64,000 nt of DNA, from assembly GCA_051000395.1 (NCBI GenBank), contig JBPCOI010000078.1, positions 15,780 to 79,779 of the forward strand, in the 5' to 3' direction. The stretch's first letter is position 1. The number at the start of each line of letters is the position of its first letter. The stretch comes from Jatrophihabitantaceae bacterium. GTDB taxonomy: Bacteria; Actinomycetota; Actinomycetes; Mycobacteriales; Jatrophihabitantaceae. The translations under genes and the position numbers were made by a program. Below, piece by piece: positions 36,135-44,859 of the stretch. Below the pieces are notes generated by a model that was not told the origin of the DNA, ran no database searches, and saw only the letters and a program-made list of their open reading frames with translations.

Positions 36135-36923
36135 GTGCTGAGGAGACGGATCGCGGCGCTGGCGACGGTGATCGCTGCCGTCGTCGTGTTCGCCGCAGCG
36201 ATCTACGTCATCTCTCACCACGAGCCGGTCGCCCAGGCCGGCCAGACGCCGGGGTTCACCGCCAGCCCGCCGGGCATCCCCACCGTGCGGGTCACCTCAT
36301 CGGCCGCCGCGAACTCGTCTGCACCGGCATCGTCCGGTAACCCCTCGGCCAAGGCATTGCATCGATCCGAACCGCTCGTGGTGTTCCTCGGTGATGACTA
36401 CACGCTCGGCGTCGGCGCGACATCCAAGGCGAAGCGGTTCAGCACGCTGATCGGCATCTCGCTGCACGTGCGGGCCAAGACCGTGGCCTCTAGCGGCGCG
36501 GGCTACGCGAAGTCGGGCACCGACGGCAAGAGCTACGGCGACCTGGTCACCGAGGTGGTCGCGGGCACACCGTCGATGGTCGTCGTCAGCGGCGGCCGCA
36601 ACGACACCTCCGACGATCCGGCCACGCTCGCGGCGCAGGCCACGACACTGTTCGCGACGCTGCATGCCAAGCTGCCCAAGGCCAAGCTGGTCGCCGTCGC
36701 GCCGTTCTGGGGCAACAGCCCGCCGCCCGCCGCGCTGAGCTCGGTCGCGACCTCGGTGCAGAGTGCCGTGCAGGCCGTCGGGGGCACCTACCTTGCCATC
36801 CCCGACCCGTTGCTGGGGCACGCGGGCTTCATGTCCGACTCGGCCGACCCGAACGACGACGGGTACGCGGCGATCGCGAACGCGGTAGGACCCGCGCTGG
36901 CGCCCCTGCTCCCCAAGACCTGA
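36135..36923 (+). CDS. Membrane-anchored SGNH/GDSL-fold protein with substituted catalytic residues
   Basis: TM anchor and Ser/Ala linker. Block I reads FLGDDYTLG (Asp in place of the nucleophile Ser). Block III is GGRND. Block V reads DSADPNDDGY (Asp in place of His). Confidence 0.7.
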   Translation: MLRRRIAALATVIAAVVVFAAAIYVISHHEPVAQAGQTPGFTASPPGIPTVRVTSSAAANSSAPASSGNPSAKALHRSEPLVVFLGDDYTLGVGATSKAKRFSTLIGISLHVRAKTVASSGAGYAKSGTDGKSYGDLVTEVVAGTPSMVVVSGGRNDTSDDPATLAAQATTLFATLHAKLPKAKLVAVAPFWGNSPPPAALSSVATSVQSAVQAVGGTYLAIPDPLLGHAGFMSDSADPNDDGYAAIANAVGPALAPLLPKT

Positions 36924-36967
36924 ACCCACCGCCTCGTCAGGCGGGTCGGGGCGCGGCACAGAGGGGC

Positions 36968-38053
36968 CTACGGAGTCCAGAACCGGGCCCGGCAGACCCG
37001 CACACCCGCGGCCAGGCCGCTGCGCAGCACTGGGCTGCTGGACAACTCGGTGACGTTGCCCCGCGCGCCGTCCCTCCACGCGTAGGCGAGGATCGAGCGG
37101 GCGCCGAAGCGACAGAACGCGGCCACCTGGGTCGCCAGCTGCGCGGCGGTCGGCGCGCGGACGAACTGGGGACGCCGGCCATTGGCTACGGCCGGCGCGT
37201 AGCCGAACGCCTGCGGGGTACCGATCAGGGGCTGCGTCGCGCTGTCCCAGCCCTTGGCCCGCAGCAGCGCGAGCGCCTGCGGCAGCGTGCTGCTCATGTC
37301 CCACTCGACGGTGGAGCCGAACAGGCTCGCGGTGAACGGGCCGTAGGCGTAGATCAGGACGGCGTTGCACCAGCGCGGCGAGTAGTTCACGCTCGCCTGC
37401 GCGAACACCGTCCGGTCGATGACGGGCGCGCTGTGGTGGGCGGGTGTGTAGGCGAGCGGGAGCTCGATCCCGCAGACCGTCGGCTTCGTCCGGTCGAGCT
37501 GGCGGATCGTGCGGTAGACGTCGGCGAGCTCGGAGCGGAAGTCGGCGTAGTAGTCGTCACTGAGGTAGTACCCGGACACCGTCGGATCGCTGCGCGCGGC
37601 CTGGACGTGGCGCGAGATGTCGCCGAGCAGCCGCCCGCGTGCCGCCGCGGACAGCGGCGCGCACGAGCCCCGGCCCTCGGGGCACTCGCTGCGGTACAGC
37701 GCGTGCTCGGGGTAGCTGTCCAGCAGTGACATGCCGTGCGCGGCGAGGGCCGCGGTCAACGGCGCGTGCGGTCCGCGGAAAGTGGTGAGCGTGAACCGGA
37801 TTCCCGCCGCCGCAGCGGGCCCGACGCCGTCGGCGTCGCTTAGCGCGTAGGCGCCGCTGCGCTCCAGCAGCGGCCGGAAGTCCAGCGCCACCGGCCGGTG
37901 ACCGGCGCCACGGATCGTGCGGCCGCCGCCGTCCACCGCCGCGACGACGACAAAGACGACGGCGCCGGCGCCGGCGAGCAGGACGACGATCAACGCCAGG
38001 ACGCGCGCGGCACCCCCTCCGCCACGACGAAGCGTGGCGGAAGGGGTGTTCAC
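36968..38053 (-). CDS. Hypothetical membrane-anchored extracytoplasmic protein
   Basis: GTG 38053 avoids overlap with the upstream gene. TM (VLALIVVLLAGAGAVVFVVVAAV), then a ~300-aa Cys-containing domain. High GC3. No family recognised. Confidence 0.5.
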   Translation of the reverse strand: MNTPSATLRRGGGGAARVLALIVVLLAGAGAVVFVVVAAVDGGGRTIRGAGHRPVALDFRPLLERSGAYALSDADGVGPAAAAGIRFTLTTFRGPHAPLTAALAAHGMSLLDSYPEHALYRSECPEGRGSCAPLSAAARGRLLGDISRHVQAARSDPTVSGYYLSDDYYADFRSELADVYRTIRQLDRTKPTVCGIELPLAYTPAHHSAPVIDRTVFAQASVNYSPRWCNAVLIYAYGPFTASLFGSTVEWDMSSTLPQALALLRAKGWDSATQPLIGTPQAFGYAPAVANGRRPQFVRAPTAAQLATQVAAFCRFGARSILAYAWRDGARGNVTELSSSPVLRSGLAAGVRVCRARFWTP

Positions 38054-38072
38054 GTCCGGCGAGCCTGCGCGC

Positions 38073-39035
38073 TCAGCCGAGCCCGACGCTCGACAGCCAC
38101 GCCTTCGCGACGGCATCCGGGTCCGCGCCGCCGGCCACCTTGCTCACCAGGCCGGCGAGCGTCGCGGTGTCCAGCTTCGCCGAGACGGAGTTGCACGCAT
38201 CGGCGATCGGCGCGGTGAGCTTCGAGCTCGTCACCAGCGGCACGATGTTCTGCGCCGCGAACATGTTCTTCGGGTCCTGCAGCGAGACGAACCCGTTCTT
38301 GGCGATGGACGGGTCGGTGGAGAAGATGTCACCGGCGTCGATGCTGCCGTTCTTCAACGCCGTCACGGTGATCGTGCCGCCCGCCGCGAGCGGGGTGAAC
38401 GTCCCGAACTGCACTCCGTACACGCTCTTGAGCGCCGGGATGCCGTCCGGGCGCGTCTTGAACTGAGCCGGCGCACCGAAGGTGAGCTTGCTGGCCACGC
38501 TCGCGAGATCGCCGATCGACTTCAGGTGGTACCTGTCCGCGGTGGCCTTGGTGACGGTGATCGTGTCGCTGTCCTGCGCCGAGGCGTACTGCAGCGCCGT
38601 CAGGCCTTGCGCGGACACCACGGTCTTCAGCGCGGCGTACACCGCGGCCGGGGTCTTGGCCGAGGAACTCTGGTCCAGGTAAGCCAGGATCGAGCCGCTG
38701 TACTCCGGGATGAAGTTGATCGAGCCGTCCTTCAGCGCCGCGAGGTACGCGGCACGCTCGCCGATGTTGAGTTTCTTGGCCACCTTGACGCCCTTGTGGG
38801 CCATGGCGTCACCGTAGATGTCGGCGAGCAGTGCGTTCTCCGGGAAGTCGGCCGAGCCGACGGTGATCGAGCCAGCCCCGCTCGGCAGGCCGTTGGACCC
38901 GCTCGATCCGCTGGAGCCCGCGGTGCTGGTGGCCGGTGTCTTGGAGGTGTTGGCGGAACTTCCGCTGCTGCCGCAGGCGGCCAGGGTCATCACCAGACCC
39001 AGCAATGCGGCGAGCAGCAGGTAGGTGCGCTTCAT
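38073..39035 (-). CDS. Glycine betaine/choline-type osmoprotectant ABC transporter substrate-binding lipoprotein
   Basis: Lipobox LAACG. GSADFPENALLADIYG and NFIPEYSGS motifs typical of OpuBC/OpuCC-like binders. GAGGAG RBS. Confidence 0.88.
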   Translation of the reverse strand: MKRTYLLLAALLGLVMTLAACGSSGSSANTSKTPATSTAGSSGSSGSNGLPSGAGSITVGSADFPENALLADIYGDAMAHKGVKVAKKLNIGERAAYLAALKDGSINFIPEYSGSILAYLDQSSSAKTPAAVYAALKTVVSAQGLTALQYASAQDSDTITVTKATADRYHLKSIGDLASVASKLTFGAPAQFKTRPDGIPALKSVYGVQFGTFTPLAAGGTITVTALKNGSIDAGDIFSTDPSIAKNGFVSLQDPKNMFAAQNIVPLVTSSKLTAPIADACNSVSAKLDTATLAGLVSKVAGGADPDAVAKAWLSSVGLG

Positions 39036-39074
39036 CGTTCTCCTCAGTGGGGTTCGTCTGGTGCTGGACGAGCG

Positions 39075-39902
39075 TCACGCGTTGGTCAGTCCCACCTCCG
39101 CCACGGCAGCAGACAGGGCACTCGGTCGTGCCTGTCGTCGGGAGAACCGCTCGGAGACGCCACGCGAGACGACGAGGCGCTGCACGCCGTTGAGGACGGC
39201 GTCGACGAGGACGGCGAGCACCGCGACCACGATGCCGGCCGAGACCATGGCGGGGTAGCCGTAGCGCAGGTCGTACAGCTGCTGGTCGCCGTCGATGATG
39301 AACCGGCCGAGGCCGCCGAGGAACGGGACGTAGGCGGCGACCGTCGCGGTGGCGATCACCTGCAACGTCGAGCTGCGGATTCCCGACATGATCAGCGGCA
39401 GCGCGCACGGGAACTCCACCTTGGCGATCACCTGGCCCTCGCGCATGCCCATCCCGCGCGCGGCATCGCGGGCGGCCGGGTCGACGGCCTGCACGCCGGC
39501 ATAGGTGTTCGTCAGGATGGGCGGAATCGCCAGCAATATCAGCACGATCTCGATCGGGAGGATGTAGGGCAGGCCCCCGCGCGGGATCAGCCCGGGCACC
39601 GCCACCTGACTGTGGATCTTGGGTGAGATCCACACGACGAGAAGGATCACGAAACCGAGGGTGGGCACCGCGCGCAGGCCGTTGGCGACGCCCGCGACCA
39701 GCACCACGCCGCGACCGGTGTGGCCGATCAGCAGCCCCAGGGGCAGTGCGATCAGGACGGCGACGAGCACCGCGATGCCGGTGTAGACGAGGTGCTCGCG
39801 GATGCGTACGAGCAGACCGTCCGGACCCGTCCAGTTCGACGGGTCGTTGAGCCACACCGGCACCCGGTCCAGCCCGGGCAGGGTGAGGTCGCCGCGCATC
39901 AT
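39075..39902 (-). CDS. ABC transporter permease (OpuCD-like)
   Basis: Multi-TM. ATGATGA junction with the upstream permease. Lies between the permease and the binding-protein genes. Confidence 0.85.
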   Translation of the reverse strand: MMRGDLTLPGLDRVPVWLNDPSNWTGPDGLLVRIREHLVYTGIAVLVAVLIALPLGLLIGHTGRGVVLVAGVANGLRAVPTLGFVILLVVWISPKIHSQVAVPGLIPRGGLPYILPIEIVLILLAIPPILTNTYAGVQAVDPAARDAARGMGMREGQVIAKVEFPCALPLIMSGIRSSTLQVIATATVAAYVPFLGGLGRFIIDGDQQLYDLRYGYPAMVSAGIVVAVLAVLVDAVLNGVQRLVVSRGVSERFSRRQARPSALSAAVAEVGLTNA

Positions 39903-40552
39903 CGCGCAGCCACCGCGCGTTGCCACGGGGTCATCAGCCGCGTGCCGAACAGGATCACCAGGTCGAACACCAGCGCCAGCACGATGATCACGACGAGCCC
40001 GAGCAGGATCGGCGTCAGCGAGTTGTCGTTGTCGCCCGCGATGAACAGCTGTCCGAGCTGCGGGATGCCGATGATCGAGGCCACCGACACCAGGCTTACG
40101 TTGGACACCGCGGCTACCCGCAGCCCGGCGCCGATGACGGGTACCGCGATCGGCAGCTGCACCGCGAACAGCCGCTGGCGCGCGGTGTAGCCCATCGCCG
40201 CCGCCGAGGCCAGCATGTCGGAGGCGACGGAGTTTAGCCCGTCAGCCACCACGCGTACGAGCAGCGCGACGGTGTAGACGGTGAGCGCCACGGCCACGTT
40301 GACGGCGTCGAGGATCCGGGTGCCGATCAGGCCGGGCAGCACGATGAACAGCACCAGGGACGGGATCGTGTAGAGGATGCCGGCCGCCGAGACGAGCGGC
40401 GGGTAGCTCCACTTGTACCGGCTGGCCAGCCAGCCGAGCGGCAGGGCGAGCAGCAGGCCGACGAGCAGGGGCAATCCGGCGAGCCAGACCGTCGTCCACG
40501 TCCAGTGCAGGACATCGCTCTGGTGGGCGCGGAAATACGTCCAGACATTCAT
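39899..40552 (-). CDS. ABC transporter permease (OpuCB-like)
   Basis: 217 aa, ~6 TM. 4-nt overlap with the ATPase gene. Confidence 0.87.
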   Translation of the reverse strand: MNVWTYFRAHQSDVLHWTWTTVWLAGLPLLVGLLLALPLGWLASRYKWSYPPLVSAAGILYTIPSLVLFIVLPGLIGTRILDAVNVAVALTVYTVALLVRVVADGLNSVASDMLASAAAMGYTARQRLFAVQLPIAVPVIGAGLRVAAVSNVSLVSVASIIGIPQLGQLFIAGDNDNSLTPILLGLVVIIVLALVFDLVILFGTRLMTPWQRAVAAR

Positions 40553-41709
40553 TGTTCGCCCGCCCCGACCGCGCCGGCAGCCGCGTCGACCGCGTCCTTG
40601 CGGATGATCGCGGCGCGGGCCTCGATGCGTGCCAGCACCTGCGAAGCGCCGACCGTGCCCGCGAAACGGCCGTCCTCGTGCACGATCACCCCGCGGCCGC
40701 TCGGCGAGGACAGCGCTGTGTCCAGCGCCGCCCGCAGCGTGCCGGACTCGGTGGCCAGCGTGCCACCGAGGTTGAGCAGCGCGGGCGTCACCTCGCCGTG
40801 CAGCTGCGCGTCGACGAGGCCGCCGACCGCCAGCCAGCCCTGCGGCTTCTCCTCGGCGTCAACGACGAGGACCCACCCGTCGCGCGCCTTGTCGCGCGAA
40901 CCGGACAGGTCGTCGCCGAGCTGCATGACCGGCTCCTTGGTGAGCGGCAGCTGACCGGCCTCGGCGAAACCCAGCGCGCGGTAACCGCGGTCGCGGCCGA
41001 CGAATCCGGCGACGAACGCGTCGGCCGGGCGCGAGAGCAGCTCGGCGGGTGTGGCGAGCTGCGCGAGCGTACCGCCCACGCGCATGACCGCGACCTGGTC
41101 GCCCAGCTTGATCGCCTCGTCGATGTCGTGCGTGACGAAGACGATCGTCTTGCCGAGCTCGCCCTGCAGCCGCAGGAACTCGTCCTGCAGCTGCGCGCGC
41201 ACTACGGGGTCGACGGCCGAAAAGGGCTCGTCCATCAGCATCACCGGCGGGTCGGCGGCAAGAGCGCGCGCCACGCCGACGCGCTGCTGCTGGCCGCCGG
41301 ACAGCTGAGCCGGGTAGCGGTCGCCGAGCTGCGCGGGCAACCCGACGCGCTCGAGCAGCTCGAGCGCGTGTGCGCGGGCCTTGCGACGGTCCTGGCCGAG
41401 AAGGAACGGCACGGTCGCGACGTTGTCGACGACGGTGCGGTGCGGGAACAGCCCCGCGTGCTGGATGACGTAGCCGATGCCGCGGCGCAGCTGCGCGGGT
41501 TTCACCTTCGCGGTATCGCGGTCGTCGAGCCAGATCCGGCCCGAGGTAGGGTCGATCATCCGGTTGATCATGCGCAGCGACGTCGTCTTCCCGCACCCGG
41601 ACGGGCCCACGAAGACGGTGATCTGGCGCGACGGCGCCTGCAGGTCGAGGCGATCCACGGCGACGGTGCCGCCGGGGTAGGTCTTGCTCACCGATTCGAA
41701 GCGGATCAC
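40549..41709 (-). CDS. Osmoprotectant ABC transporter ATP-binding protein with C-terminal CBS pair
   Basis: Walker A GPSGCGKTT, signature LSGGQQQRV, Walker B VMLMDEPFS. The ~130-aa C-terminal CBS-like region is as in OpuCA/ProV. Confidence 0.93.
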   Translation of the reverse strand: MIRFESVSKTYPGGTVAVDRLDLQAPSRQITVFVGPSGCGKTTSLRMINRMIDPTSGRIWLDDRDTAKVKPAQLRRGIGYVIQHAGLFPHRTVVDNVATVPFLLGQDRRKARAHALELLERVGLPAQLGDRYPAQLSGGQQQRVGVARALAADPPVMLMDEPFSAVDPVVRAQLQDEFLRLQGELGKTIVFVTHDIDEAIKLGDQVAVMRVGGTLAQLATPAELLSRPADAFVAGFVGRDRGYRALGFAEAGQLPLTKEPVMQLGDDLSGSRDKARDGWVLVVDAEEKPQGWLAVGGLVDAQLHGEVTPALLNLGGTLATESGTLRAALDTALSSPSGRGVIVHEDGRFAGTVGASQVLARIEARAAIIRKDAVDAAAGAVGAGEQ

Positions 41710-41790
41710 GAGTCCACCCCATCATCCTCGTCTGACAACGCGAAGGTAGACACGAGGCGAGCCATCGAGCGACTCACGCGACCGCGGCCG

Positions 41791-41809
41791 GTTCGTAATG
41801 TATACGAAC
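41791..41809. promoter_or_regulatory. AT-rich palindrome GTTCGTA-atgta-TACGAAC upstream of the opu operon
   Basis: 7-bp perfect arms in the 108-bp gap between stop 41818 and the ATPase start 41709. It is the only AT-rich patch there. Confidence 0.3.
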
Positions 41810-41817
41810 GTCCGGAC

Positions 41818-42432
41818 TCAGGTCGTGTCGTCGGTGCCCGTGGGCTCCGCTGCCTCGCTCCGGCGGCCGCCCATGCGGCGCATCACGCCGGCTCCGGGCA
41901 GCTCGGCGAGCAGGCCCACGACGCGATCGACCGTGGCCGTCAGCAGCGCGACCTGCCGCTGCGTGTCGGTCGCGGCGCGCAACGCCGGCAGCGCCTCCTT
42001 GCGCATCGCGTTCAGCACGTCGGGGATGTCGCCGAGTGAGCGCACGTCGATCGTCGCGGCAAGGCGCTCCAGGCGGGCTGCGACGTCCTCCATCGGGCCG
42101 AGGACCTGCGCAGTCGCGGATTCCACGCCGGATACCACGCGGTCCAGGCGGGCCACGGTCTGGTTGAACCGCTCGAGGGCGTCGTTGAAGCTCTTCATGG
42201 TGTCCGGGAACTGGCCGACGAGACGGGCGTTCTGCTCGATGGTGTCCTGCAGCCACTGCGCCTGGCTGTCGGCCTGCTTGACCAACTCGCCGACCACGGG
42301 GATGGCGCCGACGGCGGCGGGCACGCGCGAATTCTTGGCCACGCGGTGATTCTGCGGGTCCGCACCCGCGGTGTCGACTTCGCCGCGCCGTTCGCGCTGC
42401 TCGCTCACCGGTTGGTTACCGGCGAGTACCAC
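41818..42432 (-). CDS. Hypothetical alpha-helical protein
   Basis: 204 aa with high GC3. Predicted helical repeats (QWLQDTIEQNARLVGQFPDTMKSFNDALERFNQTVARLDRV). Divergent from the Fe-S gene. Confidence 0.55.
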   Translation of the reverse strand: MVLAGNQPVSEQRERRGEVDTAGADPQNHRVAKNSRVPAAVGAIPVVGELVKQADSQAQWLQDTIEQNARLVGQFPDTMKSFNDALERFNQTVARLDRVVSGVESATAQVLGPMEDVAARLERLAATIDVRSLGDIPDVLNAMRKEALPALRAATDTQRQVALLTATVDRVVGLLAELPGAGVMRRMGGRRSEAAEPTGTDDTT

Positions 42433-42484
42433 CGAATAGTCTCAGCAGGTTCAGCTGCATGGGTGAGGCAGAGGAGTCAACGAG

Positions 42485-44755
42485 GTGGCGCTTCAGGCGA
42501 TGGCCGATGCGGCGGTGCACGCACCCGTGGCGTCCGGCGTGTTCGTGGACTGGAACTGGCACTTTCCCGGTGTGCTGCGCCTGGTCCTCGCCCTCGCGAT
42601 GCTGGTGGTGACGGTGGCGCTCGCCGGCCGGCGGATCGCCTGGCTGAGCAAGCTGATCCGTTCGGGCAAGCCCGCGCGCGGACGCACCGATCAGTTGCCG
42701 GAGCGGCTGAAGGCCCAGCTCGTCGAGGTCTTCGGGCAACGGCGCCTGCTGAAGTGGAGCGCGCCGGGCATCGCGCACTTCTTCACCTTCTGGGGTTTCC
42801 TCGTCCTCGGCATCACGATCGTGGAGGCCTACGGCGCGCTCGTGCTCAGCCGCGACTTCGCCTTCCCGCTGTTCGGGCACGGGCAGTGGCTGGGTTTCCT
42901 CGAAGACTTCTTCGCCGTCGCGGTGCTGCTCGCGATCATCTGGTTCGCGATCAACCGGCTGCGCTACGCGCCCGAGCGCAAGCAGCGGGCCAGCCGTTTC
43001 TACGGCTCGCACAACGGTCCGGCCTGGGTGATCCTCGGGATGATCTTCCTGGTGATCGCGACGCTGCTGCTCTACCGCGGCGCGCAGTACAACACCGGCC
43101 ACTTCCCGTTCGGCAAGTCCGCCTGGCCGTTCGCGTCCTGGCTCGTCGCACACGCGCTCGGCAGCGGCGCGTACAACCAGGGCGTCGAGACGTTCTTCCT
43201 GCTGGCGCAGATGGCCGTCATCTTCGGATTCACCGTCATCGTCGTCTACTCCAAGCACCTGCACATCGCGACGGCGCCGCTGAACGTGCTGACCAAGCGC
43301 GAACCCGACGCGCTGCGCGAACTGCTACCGGTCACCGACGCCGAGGGCGAGCCGATCGACTGCGCCGACGTCGAGAACTTGTCGGAGGACACCGTCTTCG
43401 GCAGGGGCAAGATCGAGGACTTCAGCTGGAAGGGCTATCTCGACTTCGCGACCTGCACCGAGTGCGGACGCTGCCAGTCGCAGTGCCCGGCGTGGAACAC
43501 CGACAAGCCGCTGTCGCCGAAACTCGTGATCATGGACCTCCGCGATCACCTGTTCGCGAAGGCGCCGTACCTGCTCGGGAGCACGAGCGTTCCCGAAGGC
43601 GCCGACGCGACCTTCGACGTTGCGGCCGAGCACGGCCAGCACGTCCCCGAGGCCGGCTACCCGCGCGTCGAGGGCTCGAGTGTCGAGCAGGCACTGCGCC
43701 CGCTCGTCGGAGACCTGGCCTCCGGCGGCGTCATCGACCCGGACGTGCTGTGGTCGTGCACCACCTGCGGCGCGTGCGTCGAGCAGTGCCCCGTCGACAT
43801 CGAGCACATCGACCACATTGTCGACATGCGCCGCTACCAGGTCCTGATCGAGTCGGCGTTCCCGTCCGAGGCCGGCGTGATGCTGCGCAACCTGGAGAAC
43901 AAGGGCAATCCCTGGGGCTTGCCCGACAAGGGTCGCGAGGAGTGGCTGGACGGCCTGGGCTTCGAGGTCCGTCGCGCCCAGCCCGGGACGAAGCTCGACG
44001 CCGAGGTCGAGTACCTGTTCTGGGTCGGCTGCGCAGGCGCGCTGGGGGACCGGTCCAAGAAGGTGACGCGCGCGTTCGCCGAACTGCTGCACGTGGCCGG
44101 CGTCGAGTTCGCCGTGCTGGGCGCGGGCGAGACCTGCACCGGTGACCCGGCCCGGCGCCTGGGCAACGAGTTCCTGTTCCAGATGCTGGGAATGCAGAAC
44201 GTCGAGACGTTGAACTCGATCACACGCGCCGAACCGTTGAAGATCGTCGCGAGCTGTCCGCACTGCTTCAACACCCTCGCGAACGAATACCCGCAGCTCG
44301 GCGGACACTTCCAGGTCGTGCACCACACCCAGTTGCTGGCGCGCCTCGTCGCCGAGGGACGGCTGACGCCGGTCGAACCGGTGGACAAGAGCGTCACCTA
44401 CCACGATCCGTGCTACCTGGGCCGGCACAACAAGGTCTACACACCGCCGCGCGACGTGCTGGCCGCGATCCCGGAGCTGAAGTCGCAGGAGATGCACCGC
44501 TGCAAGGAACGCGGCTTCTGCTGCGGGGCCGGCGGGGCCCGCTTCTGGATGGAGGAGAAGATCGGCAAGCGGATCAACCGCGAGCGCACCGACGAGGCAA
44601 TCGGACTCGATCCGGACCTGATCTCCACGGCTTGCCCGTTCTGCATGGTGATGCTGTCCGACGCCGTCGCCGAGAAGAAGGGGGACGGCTCGGCTAAGGA
44701 ACACGTGCAGGTGCTCGACGTCGCCCAGATCCTGCAGCAGTCCCTGCCCAGCTGA
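42485..44755 (+). CDS. Membrane-bound (Fe-S)-binding reductase (HdrD/GlpC-like; Rv0338c-like architecture)
   Basis: N-terminal ~6 TM. Two 4Fe-4S motifs CTECGRCQSQCP and CTTCGACVEQCP. CCG-type Cys-rich domains (CPHCFNTL, DPCYLGRHN, CCGAGGA). Confidence 0.88.
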   Translation: MALQAMADAAVHAPVASGVFVDWNWHFPGVLRLVLALAMLVVTVALAGRRIAWLSKLIRSGKPARGRTDQLPERLKAQLVEVFGQRRLLKWSAPGIAHFFTFWGFLVLGITIVEAYGALVLSRDFAFPLFGHGQWLGFLEDFFAVAVLLAIIWFAINRLRYAPERKQRASRFYGSHNGPAWVILGMIFLVIATLLLYRGAQYNTGHFPFGKSAWPFASWLVAHALGSGAYNQGVETFFLLAQMAVIFGFTVIVVYSKHLHIATAPLNVLTKREPDALRELLPVTDAEGEPIDCADVENLSEDTVFGRGKIEDFSWKGYLDFATCTECGRCQSQCPAWNTDKPLSPKLVIMDLRDHLFAKAPYLLGSTSVPEGADATFDVAAEHGQHVPEAGYPRVEGSSVEQALRPLVGDLASGGVIDPDVLWSCTTCGACVEQCPVDIEHIDHIVDMRRYQVLIESAFPSEAGVMLRNLENKGNPWGLPDKGREEWLDGLGFEVRRAQPGTKLDAEVEYLFWVGCAGALGDRSKKVTRAFAELLHVAGVEFAVLGAGETCTGDPARRLGNEFLFQMLGMQNVETLNSITRAEPLKIVASCPHCFNTLANEYPQLGGHFQVVHHTQLLARLVAEGRLTPVEPVDKSVTYHDPCYLGRHNKVYTPPRDVLAAIPELKSQEMHRCKERGFCCGAGGARFWMEEKIGKRINRERTDEAIGLDPDLISTACPFCMVMLSDAVAEKKGDGSAKEHVQVLDVAQILQQSLPS

Positions 44756-44859
44756 CGCTGCCCGTGATCGATGGACCTAGCCGCACCGCGCCTCAGCGGG
44801 GCTGAGAGCGGTCTGCGCCAACAGGTCGGCTGCTGCTACCGGCCAGTACCCTTACGCGG

